Of a DNA stretch of 63,724 bases, positions 30,832-39,074 are shown piece by piece. The translations under genes and the position numbers were made by a program. The number at the start of each line of letters is the position of its first letter. The first letter of the stretch is position 1. The notes under the pieces are model-generated. The model saw only the letters and a program-made list of their open reading frames with translations. It was not told the origin of the DNA and ran no database searches. Source of the stretch: Bacteroidota bacterium (lineage in GTDB: Bacteria; Bacteroidota; Bacteroidia; Cytophagales; Cyclobacteriaceae). The stretch lies in contig JBCBHL010000001.1 in NCBI GenBank assembly GCA_038525605.1, forward strand, positions 1 through 63,724, in the 5' to 3' direction.

Positions 30832-32733
30832 ATGGATGTAAAAGAAACCGACCATTATTTCATCATAGATTTTGACAGTACTTTCACGAAGGTCGAAGCA
30901 TTGGATATTTTGTGTGAAATTTCTTTAAAAGATAGTATTCACAGAGATGCTACCCTCAAAAGAATTCAGGAAGTAACTGATCTTGGGATGCTGGGTGAAT
31001 TGTCTTTCAGGGAGTCGTTGGAAGAACGAATCAAATTACTGCAGGCTAAGCGGGAACATTTACCGGCACTTATTGAAAGACTTAGAAACATGGTTTCAGA
31101 GTCTTTTCAGAGAAATAAGCAGTTCATTGCAGAGTACAGCGATAACATCATTATTGTATCAAATGGTTTCAAAGACTTTATTATTCCAATTGTAATTGAA
31201 TATGGTATCCATCCTGAGAATGTTTATGCCAATGATTTTATTTATGACGAAAACGAATTCATAGTTGATTTTAATAAGAACAACTTGCTGTCTTCTAACA
31301 ACGGAAAACCAAAATTGATTGAGTCTCTGAACTTAGATGGTGATATATTTGTCATTGGCGATGGCTACAATGATTATGAAATCAAGGCTGCCGGACTTGC
31401 CAAGGAGTTTTATGCATTTACTGAAAATATCAAAAGAGAAAAAGTAGTTGAGATGGCTGATCACATTGCTCCGTCCCTTGATGAAATATTATTTAAAAAA
31501 GACATGAAAAGAGCTCTTTCTTATCCTAAACACAGAATTAAAGTTTTATTACTGGAAAATATCCATGATCAGGGTGTTCAAAAACTGAAAGATGAAGGGT
31601 ATACGGTAGAAGTATATCCGGCTGGCCTGGATGAAGCTGAGCTGATAGAAAAAATAAAAGATGTATCCATCATTGGGATACGATCCAAAACACAGATCAC
31701 TAAAAAAGTGATTGAAAATGCCAAAAGACTACTGGCAGTAGGTGCCTTTTGTATCGGAACCAATCAAATAGACCTGACTGAGTGTCAAAAGAAAGGGATT
31801 GCTGTTTTTAATGCGCCATACAGCAACACCAGGTCTGTTGTAGAGCTTGCCCTGGCAGAAATCATCTTGTTGATGAGAAACCTTCATGATAAAATGTCTG
31901 CCATGCATGCCGGAAAGTGGAATAAATCGGCAAAGGGTAGTTTCGAAATTCGTGGTAAGAAATTGGGAATCATCGGTTATGGTAACATCGGTGCGCAGCT
32001 ATCTGTGGTGGCTGAAGCACTGGGAATGGATGTTTACTACTACGACCTGGAGGAAAGGTTAGTTCTGGGAAATGCTACTAAGTGTTCTTCTCTTGATGAG
32101 TTGCTTACAATTTCTGATGCCATCACTTTGCACGTTGATGGCAGGCCTGAGAATAAAAATATGATCAGTTCAGCCCAGTTTACTAAAATGAAAGATGGAG
32201 TAGTTTTCGTAAACCTGAGCAGAGGTCATGTAGTAGATATTGCTGCATTAAAAGATGCCGTAAAGTCGGGGAAAGTACGTGGAACCGCTGTGGACGTGTT
32301 CCCCCAGGAACCTTTGAGCAACAATGATGAGTTTGTCTCTGATCTGAGAGGTTTACCGAATGCAATATTGACACCACACATCGGTGGAAGTACTTCTGAA
32401 GCGCAGGTAAATATCGCTGACTTTGTTCCCAGTAAAATCATGGAATACATCAATACCGGTTCTACTTCTAATAGTGTGAATTTCCCTAATCTGGTATTAC
32501 CAGCGTTTAACAATGCGCATCGTTTTATTCACATTCATTTAAATGAGCCTGGTGTTTTGGCAGAAATCAACAATACCTTGGCAAAGCATAAACTCAATAT
32601 TGTAGGCCAGTATCTAAAAACCAATGAAACGATTGGTTATGTCATTACTGATATTGATACCAACTATCCAGAGGAAGTGATTAATGACCTGAAGCAGATA
32701 GAGGGTACCATCAGATTCAGGGTATTGTACTGA
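30832..32733 (+). CDS. serA: Fusion protein: HAD-superfamily (SerB-like) phosphatase domain, D-3-phosphoglycerate dehydrogenase, and C-terminal ACT domain
   Basis: HAD motifs: DFDSTF (DxDxT), VSNG, GKPK, GDGYNDY. Then the 2-hydroxyacid dehydrogenase NAD motif GIIGYGNIG and catalytic ..LSRG...D.. / TPHIGGST, then an ACT-like tail. I place the start at ATG 30832 rather than the TTG at 30814 used by the track. Confidence 0.85.
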   Translation: MDVKETDHYFIIDFDSTFTKVEALDILCEISLKDSIHRDATLKRIQEVTDLGMLGELSFRESLEERIKLLQAKREHLPALIERLRNMVSESFQRNKQFIAEYSDNIIIVSNGFKDFIIPIVIEYGIHPENVYANDFIYDENEFIVDFNKNNLLSSNNGKPKLIESLNLDGDIFVIGDGYNDYEIKAAGLAKEFYAFTENIKREKVVEMADHIAPSLDEILFKKDMKRALSYPKHRIKVLLLENIHDQGVQKLKDEGYTVEVYPAGLDEAELIEKIKDVSIIGIRSKTQITKKVIENAKRLLAVGAFCIGTNQIDLTECQKKGIAVFNAPYSNTRSVVELALAEIILLMRNLHDKMSAMHAGKWNKSAKGSFEIRGKKLGIIGYGNIGAQLSVVAEALGMDVYYYDLEERLVLGNATKCSSLDELLTISDAITLHVDGRPENKNMISSAQFTKMKDGVVFVNLSRGHVVDIAALKDAVKSGKVRGTAVDVFPQEPLSNNDEFVSDLRGLPNAILTPHIGGSTSEAQVNIADFVPSKIMEYINTGSTSNSVNFPNLVLPAFNNAHRFIHIHLNEPGVLAEINNTLAKHKLNIVGQYLKTNETIGYVITDIDTNYPEEVINDLKQIEGTIRFRVLY

Positions 32734-32754
32734 TCAGTTTAAGAAATGAAATAA

Positions 32755-32789
32755 AAAAAGCTTCAGAGTTTAATGTTCTGAAGCTTTTT
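32755..32789. terminator. Bidirectional rho-independent terminator between convergent serA (+) and the GG-peptide gene (-)
   Basis: 13-bp stem aaaaagcttcaga / tctgaagcttttt with a 9-nt loop. The A and T runs are built into the stem flanks. Confidence 0.7.
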
Positions 32790-32806
32790 ACTTTTATAAT
32801 GCTACA

Positions 32807-32998
32807 TTAAGCACATGGTGAATTGACTGGCAGTTCGCATAGTCCACCTGCCGGAAATGGAATAGGATACCAGTTACCTCCACAATTGATACATTCGCTT
32901 TCTGTTCTGGGCCATGAGCCCCAGCCTCCATTGATCTGTTTTTGCTCTTTCTTAGTGACAGCCTTAGCGTCCTGAAGATTCTTGATGTTTTTTAACAT
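32807..32998 (-). CDS. Cys-rich GG-leader peptide precursor (63 aa): leader MLKNIKNLQDAKAVTKKEQKQINGG / core WGSWPRTESECINCGGNWYPIPFPAGGLCELPVNSPCA
   Basis: ORF track. The leader ends in the double-Gly typical of Bacteroidota GG-type natural product or bacteriocin precursors. The 38-aa core has 4 Cys and many Trp, Pro and Gly. Confidence 0.6.
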   Translation of the reverse strand: MLKNIKNLQDAKAVTKKEQKQINGGWGSWPRTESECINCGGNWYPIPFPAGGLCELPVNSPCA

Positions 32999-33168
32999 GA
33001 TAATTGTTTTTTAGTGTAATTAATTAATCATTTGACATAAAAACGTCCCAGCTATTGTTTTGTTGTAGCATCAAAGTAATTAGCTGCATCCACTTTCAGC
33101 TCTTGTACTATTTGTTTTTCACGGATTGATGTCATTGTTTCTGACAGTTTACAGTTTGACAGACTATT

Positions 33169-34524
33169 TCAAGACAGAAATGAAAAGCAACCTGGCATAC
33201 AATCATTTGCGGAATCATTTTCCAAATCATAATCAACCATCGGTATCACATAAGCCCATTTGATTCTTTCTGGTAAAATCCCACCAGCAACAGATATTTC
33301 CGCTTCACTTTTAAATGCCACTTTTCCTTCTTTTTGTTTAATTCCAGCTTGCTTATTCAACTCATTGTTTAGCGTTACCTGATCAAAAACGATATCCTCG
33401 TCAGTCAGTTCAATCATCATCAAAAGGAAGTATTGCTGGAATGCTTTATTGTCATTTTTCGTAGCTGACATACCATATATGTAATCACCAGCTGTTGTTG
33501 AAACAAAGTTGCTACTTTTATAATCACTTGTCTGATGCTTCTTTAGTTCCATAATTGTAGGTGCACCTCCGAGCTCCTCTTCAGGTGTCACCACATTCGC
33601 ATATTTGTTTCTTAATCCTACAATTGCTTTTTTAGCCTTGCTTTTGCTTTTCTGAGTCTTTTCTTCTCTAAGGCTTCCAGATAAAATGCCATTGTTAACC
33701 ATCATTCTACATTGTTGCAGGCTTAATCTGCTTTGTGATCTATGTACCAGATACCTCTCATTTTGATCTTTGTAATCATTTTTCTGAAGCTTCTTAATTT
33801 CCATTCCCTTTTCGTATAGCTCATCTTTTCCATAGTTTGAAAGTTCTTCCTTTGCTGACTTCTCAATCTGTTCGATCTTCTCGGCATAGGTCTGCATTTT
33901 AATTGGAGTATCTTTTATAGAACCATGTCTCTGAATGATCTGGTTCTTTGATATTGAATCATTGGTAAAACCTGAGACTCTTTGTATGGTACTGCCCTGT
34001 GAATTACTAGTTGATTCCTGAAGTTCTACAGTATTGAAATCATTTGCCATCCTATCAACTATCACTTCCCTTGTTGTATCAATTGAATAGCCGTTAATGT
34101 TCCTATCTCCTTTTGGTGTACCATTAATCGAGTTATCGATGGCATGGGCCACTTCATGCCTGATGTTGTAGTCACTATCCATGCCGGGCCCGAAATGAAT
34201 TTGATTCCCTTGAATTAATGCCTCTGCGTGTAGTTTGGCAGGAAAGGACGAATTATGTATTGATTTCAGCTGTGATGTATCTACACCATATTTGGCCCCC
34301 ATAGCATCTGCGATGTTTTCAAATTTTCGGGAACGGTTTGCGAAAGCAGGCGCGACCCGGGTCTCCTTTTGGCTGCTTTCACGGATCGAGTCACCGATTT
34401 TACGTTGTATTACAGTCTGTGGTCGATTGTCCCGGATAGATATAGAATGTATTTTATTCGAAGCACAATCAGATTCCTTTTGAAATCTACTTCCAATCGT
34501 GTTTATGTGACTTTTTGCTTTCAT
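33169..34524 (-). CDS. eCIS-core/DUF4157-like (variant HEVAH subtype) N-terminal domain protein. The C-terminal module has possible R-S-ExE ADP-ribosyltransferase motifs.
   Basis: 451 aa. The N-terminal block YGVDTSQLKSIHNSSFPAKLHAEALIQGNQIHFGPG...IRHEVAHAIDN is shared with the 49754-51877 protein. The C-terminal part has VHRS, FVSTT and SEAEISV in the order expected for R / STS / ExE. Confidence 0.7.
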   Translation of the reverse strand: MKAKSHINTIGSRFQKESDCASNKIHSISIRDNRPQTVIQRKIGDSIRESSQKETRVAPAFANRSRKFENIADAMGAKYGVDTSQLKSIHNSSFPAKLHAEALIQGNQIHFGPGMDSDYNIRHEVAHAIDNSINGTPKGDRNINGYSIDTTREVIVDRMANDFNTVELQESTSNSQGSTIQRVSGFTNDSISKNQIIQRHGSIKDTPIKMQTYAEKIEQIEKSAKEELSNYGKDELYEKGMEIKKLQKNDYKDQNERYLVHRSQSRLSLQQCRMMVNNGILSGSLREEKTQKSKSKAKKAIVGLRNKYANVVTPEEELGGAPTIMELKKHQTSDYKSSNFVSTTAGDYIYGMSATKNDNKAFQQYFLLMMIELTDEDIVFDQVTLNNELNKQAGIKQKEGKVAFKSEAEISVAGGILPERIKWAYVIPMVDYDLENDSANDCMPGCFSFLS

Positions 34525-34530
34525 GAATTG

Positions 34531-36192
34531 TTACTTTTTTTCATATGATTCATCGTGATATCTGGCAGTTACCCAACGAGGAACAGTTCCTTTTCTAATC
34601 GTATTGATATCTACATTTTCCAGATACTGTTCAGCCATCGAGTCACCGGGCCATTCTGAGGTTCCGGCGATCTTTAAAATCTGATCTTTTGTAAATGGTT
34701 CAAGAACAGTATAGCCAATTGGTAGCTCGTCCGGATAGTCATACAATTTGCCCCTGGTTTTTGCAACATGCATGATTTCATGATAGCTGTGATCCCTGTT
34801 TACCAATAGCTGACCCAGTGCAGCTAACCTGAGCAAAAGCCTTTCGCGATCAGAAAATTTAAAAATATCGGCCAACTGAAAGTACCAGTCGGTAGAGCCT
34901 GATAAACCAGCCCGCATGATTGCCAGTCTCTCTTCCCGGTAATCAGCCCAGGTTTTGGCTTCACCTATCTCATTCTCACCCTTTTTTTCCTGACTGCTGT
35001 CATAAACCAGTCCTTTGTCTGGTAATTCGTACCACTCCTCCCCTGGTATGTACTTCGGTTCTTTTCCTTTAGCAAGCCTTTCTTCCCTGCTACTCAACGG
35101 TGCTCTTTTACTGTCAAGTTCTTTCTTTGTAATGGCCTTTTTTTCAGATTCTAATCTGCTTCTTTTCTGCTCCAGAACTGAACCTCTTCGCGGGAGGTAT
35201 TTGTTTAATAAATCAAATTTTGAGTATTTAGCAGCTACTTTATCGTTGTTGTTGATCGCCTGCTTTCTGGAAAAGGCTGTGGAATTGATCGCTCTGTAAA
35301 CCAGGTACATTTTCTCTCTTAGATTACCACTGTAATACACTTCTTTGACGTCTTTAGCGCAAACAGCTCCTGCCTCGGAAGGATCAGGCCTTGTTTTAAA
35401 AGATTCGAATGCTTCATGCCATCCAAGAAATTTGATAATCCTTCCTACAATTAAATCTGCACCTCTTATTGCCAGACGATGAGTAAATAATCCGGCACCT
35501 AGCTTTTCTTCAAAATCTTTTGCCTGCTTCCAGTATTCATCCTGATCCCTTGCAATACTTGTTTTAGCAATTTGCGGGTTCTTTTCCCAAAGCTTTTTAT
35601 AATCCCCAGTCTTTCTTTGGATCAGTAGTTGGTTAGTACTATTTCCCTGATGAACTATGGCAGGCTCCTCATAAACCTGATTGTTGGAGTTGATCAGGTT
35701 CATTGCCTTCTCCCCCGTCACATCGGCTTCTCTTTCCAATCCAGTATCATCGTTGATCTGTACTCCTTTTTGAAACTGCAAAGTCGGTTTCACCCTTCCC
35801 TGCTTCTGTTGCACTACGTGCCATGCCTCATGAGGCAAATGTTTTTCCTGTCCCGGTCCCAGGTGAATATCTGTTCCCTGTGCGTAGGCAAGCACATTGA
35901 GTTGAATTGGTTTTGAGGAGTTGTAGTGCACTTTCACATCATCCATAGAGTAACCGGAAAGTCCTTCAATCCCTGCCTTGAGGCCGTTTGGCAGTCCTGA
36001 GTGAGAATCCCCGCTTTGCCGATTAAAGACTTGTGATCTGTGCTCATTCCTTTCCTTTGTATCCTTCAGCTGAAGCTGATAAACAGGCAATGTGCGATTG
36101 TCCTGTATATAGGAACCCCCTTGTGTGCCGTCGGACTTTTGGTGGTTTAACAGGTTACTTTTATTCTCTAATTTTTGGAGATGCGTTTTCAT
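34531..36192 (-). CDS. DUF4157 / eCIS-core domain protein with a unique C-terminal module carrying a second HExxH (HEIMH)
   Basis: 553 aa. N-terminal block GLSGYSMDDVKVHYNSSKP..AYAQGTDIHLGPGQEKHLPHEAWHVVQQKQGRVKPT. C-terminal part ...NRDHSYHEIMHVAKTRG. There is a 6-nt gap to the downstream gene. Confidence 0.8.
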   Translation of the reverse strand: MKTHLQKLENKSNLLNHQKSDGTQGGSYIQDNRTLPVYQLQLKDTKERNEHRSQVFNRQSGDSHSGLPNGLKAGIEGLSGYSMDDVKVHYNSSKPIQLNVLAYAQGTDIHLGPGQEKHLPHEAWHVVQQKQGRVKPTLQFQKGVQINDDTGLEREADVTGEKAMNLINSNNQVYEEPAIVHQGNSTNQLLIQRKTGDYKKLWEKNPQIAKTSIARDQDEYWKQAKDFEEKLGAGLFTHRLAIRGADLIVGRIIKFLGWHEAFESFKTRPDPSEAGAVCAKDVKEVYYSGNLREKMYLVYRAINSTAFSRKQAINNNDKVAAKYSKFDLLNKYLPRRGSVLEQKRSRLESEKKAITKKELDSKRAPLSSREERLAKGKEPKYIPGEEWYELPDKGLVYDSSQEKKGENEIGEAKTWADYREERLAIMRAGLSGSTDWYFQLADIFKFSDRERLLLRLAALGQLLVNRDHSYHEIMHVAKTRGKLYDYPDELPIGYTVLEPFTKDQILKIAGTSEWPGDSMAEQYLENVDINTIRKGTVPRWVTARYHDESYEKK

Positions 36193-36602
36193 TAATAATC
36201 TTGTCTCATCATTAGAATGTGAATGATGCTAATCTGATGTTTATTGCTTCGTAAGTAAAGCATTTGATAAAGAAAATGTTATCAATTTACCGCCAACTCC
36301 TTGTAACTTTCGGACCTGCCTAATGCGGTACATAAAGCTAAGGACTAATTAATAAATGCATCGGTAGAATTCCGGTTCCAACCGAATAAATGGTTCTATA
36401 CCAGAAATACCTAATACCTTTTTAGGTTACTATGTTTTTGACCTTGCCATTAAATTTTGAATTGTTTGGAAGTCTGTCAAAGAAACCGAAATTGTCTCTG
36501 AATATGATAACAGTGATACGCTGATTATTTTACCGTGCTCCCGGTTTGGAGTTCAGGTAAACCTATAAGACTCAACTTTTCGTTAGTAGAAAAAAAGTCT
36601 GT

Positions 36603-38756
36603 TTACACTACTTTTTCAGGCTCCTCATGAAGTTCCTTTTTCGCCACCTCTTTTATGATATTGAACCAATTGAATTCCTCTCTTATAAATGCTTTCGATC
36701 TTCGAAATACCTCAATTGCCAGCTTAAAATCATAGTTTTTCGGCACTACATTAAATATAGTCGAGTTCAGGGATAATGGCAGATAAAGAGCAGTGAGTCT
36801 GTCCGAATAGTAAACTTTCTTCATTTCTTTTTCAGGCAAGGGGTTTTCAGTCACTTCATAATATCTCTGTGGATTGGAAACGCTGTGAAGAGAGCCTTTT
36901 TGTCCCTTATTCCGCTCATTTTTCCTAAAATACCATAACATACCATCATAGAAGCAAAGCCCGTGATTTACAAAAAGCTCTGACCATTGGATTCTGTTGA
37001 TGGTTCCCTTACTTGTTTTAGTTTGTGTGGAAGCTAAATCTTCTATATGCCCGCCTTCATACCAGGTTTGAAAAGCTGCCAAATCATAGAATTGGAAATG
37101 ATATCTGGGTGCCATGATAGAGGCAGATAACCCATCTACGGCCATAGATTCCGCATAAAGTCCTTCCCCACCTGATATGATTACTCCATTCTTCATCTGA
37201 CTCATCGCGTACTGCATAAACTCGTTCCGAAAAGTTCCGGCAACTACGAAAAATTTGAGATTGCCCTTCTTCATCGTTATCAGAGTCATGTTATCATATT
37301 GCACTCCGTGCAATACCTGGTAACCTTTCAGGTTTTTGAATGGCAGTTTTTTACCAGGTAAAAACAAGACCTTACTTCCATCTCCTTTTTCAGAAAATAA
37401 ATCGAGGGAGTTTTGAATAACATTTATCCCTTTTTCATCGTGGAATGTTTTAAAGCTGACCATCCAGGCATCATCTAAATCTGATTTTAATTCTTGTTCC
37501 AAATCGTATAGCAGGTCTGTTTCATGAACATTTAACAACGTGTGATCACTTACAAGATCGGGAATGGCAAAACCAATGCCTTCTCCATTTAGACCGGTAC
37601 TCAAGCAATCGTTCAACGCTACTTTAAAATTCATTTCTGTGATCTTCAGCACTTTTTCTGATGGTGGTTCTGCGGTCATTACGGGAAATTGAATTTCCCA
37701 ATCTTTACCTGAAAGACCCAATTGATTTCTGGCTTCTATACCATATTGCTCTTCTTGTTTTTTCTCCGTTCGTGTTGAAGGACGACCGTGTACGATTTTC
37801 CATCTGATATTTTCTGTATCTGCCTGCAAAAGGTTTATGACACTAGTTTTTCGCTGTTCATAGCTGTCAAATGCTTTTATTCCTTCAGGATTTGAAGCAA
37901 AACTATTTTCGTTTGGGTGATCTTTGTGAGGTTTGGCATACTTTTCACTTTCTTCGTCATTTTTAAAACCCCCTATATTGACATGGTTTTTTACAAATGC
38001 GTTGAGTGTTACTCTTCTGATGCCCAGGTCACTTTTCACCCGATCTACTGCTTCATATAAATGTCTGATTTGTCCTGCATCTCCCAGACCATCAGCCAAT
38101 ACTATAGTCATCAGGTTTAGTTGGTCTTCAGAAGAGTCTCGCAACCGAATAAAGAAATCCTCTACTTTTTTCTCATTCTTATTTTTCTTCTTCTTTAACT
38201 GCATAACTGCTAATCCCGTAACCGAAGGAGTAGACATACTGCTATTCGATTTTTGAGAATACTGCAGCGCCTTCTCTCCCATCACATCGGCTTCTCTTTC
38301 CAATCGAGTGTCATCATTGATCTGCAATCCTTTTCGAAACTGCAAGGTCGGTTTTACCCTTCCCTGCTTTTGTTGTACCACATGCCATGCCTCATGAGGC
38401 AGGTACTTTTCCTGTCCTGGTCCCAGGTGTATGTTTGTTCCCTGTGCGTAGGCTAGCGCATTGAGTTGCGTTGGTTTTGAGGAGTTGTAATGCACTTTCA
38501 CATCATTCATAGCGTAACCGGAAAGTCCTTCAATGCCCGATTTGAGCTGGTCAGGTAACCCGGTATTAGATCGATTCGTCCGCAGATCAGATAAAGGCTC
38601 ACCTTTTTCTCTCCTTTGAATTACCGCAGCTGCTGCACGGTTCTTTGCTGTTGCGAAGCGATTATCTTCTATTGTCCGGGCAACACCGGTTTTTTCAGGT
38701 TTTGTATCAATTGACCTATGTTGTTTATTTTTCGATTCTCCGTATGGTACTTTCAT
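36603..38756 (-). CDS. DUF4157 / eCIS-core domain protein with a unique C-terminal module of about 540 aa and unknown function
   Basis: 717 aa with the same N-terminal block (HEAWHVVQQKQGRVKPT). The C-terminal region matches no other paralog in the window. Confidence 0.8.
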   Translation of the reverse strand: MKVPYGESKNKQHRSIDTKPEKTGVARTIEDNRFATAKNRAAAAVIQRREKGEPLSDLRTNRSNTGLPDQLKSGIEGLSGYAMNDVKVHYNSSKPTQLNALAYAQGTNIHLGPGQEKYLPHEAWHVVQQKQGRVKPTLQFRKGLQINDDTRLEREADVMGEKALQYSQKSNSSMSTPSVTGLAVMQLKKKKNKNEKKVEDFFIRLRDSSEDQLNLMTIVLADGLGDAGQIRHLYEAVDRVKSDLGIRRVTLNAFVKNHVNIGGFKNDEESEKYAKPHKDHPNENSFASNPEGIKAFDSYEQRKTSVINLLQADTENIRWKIVHGRPSTRTEKKQEEQYGIEARNQLGLSGKDWEIQFPVMTAEPPSEKVLKITEMNFKVALNDCLSTGLNGEGIGFAIPDLVSDHTLLNVHETDLLYDLEQELKSDLDDAWMVSFKTFHDEKGINVIQNSLDLFSEKGDGSKVLFLPGKKLPFKNLKGYQVLHGVQYDNMTLITMKKGNLKFFVVAGTFRNEFMQYAMSQMKNGVIISGGEGLYAESMAVDGLSASIMAPRYHFQFYDLAAFQTWYEGGHIEDLASTQTKTSKGTINRIQWSELFVNHGLCFYDGMLWYFRKNERNKGQKGSLHSVSNPQRYYEVTENPLPEKEMKKVYYSDRLTALYLPLSLNSTIFNVVPKNYDFKLAIEVFRRSKAFIREEFNWFNIIKEVAKKELHEEPEKVV

Positions 38757-39074
38757 TTCCAGAAATAATCAGTTTAAGTATTGCACCAGTATCATCTGGT
38801 ATTTATCCTCGATAATCAAATAATTTGTAATCACTTTGATTGCTGATATTAGCGTTTTAAGCCTAAGCATCGACCCAATCAAAACACCAACCTGCTGACT
38901 TTTTGTCTATCAAAATACTGACAGTGTTCATGCAATAATTGATTACACATAAATAAACTCCTGGTGCGAGAAATAGACTCTAGAAAACTGCCTTAAGCAA
39001 GGGGCCTTTCAATTTACTTGTATGTACACTCTACATTAATTTCATTGGTTATTCTCTCAATTGGTCTGAAGATT

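Noticed and set aside
36193-36602. Search for small immunity-type genes in the gaps between toxin genes (also 38757-39074, 41064-41274, 42649-42904, 44876-45117, 46492-47124, 51878-52100)
   Set aside because: No same-strand ORF of 60 aa or more appears in the track, and I found none by eye in the gaps I translated. The gaps instead contain conserved non-coding leader blocks. Very small ORFs cannot be excluded without a dedicated search.
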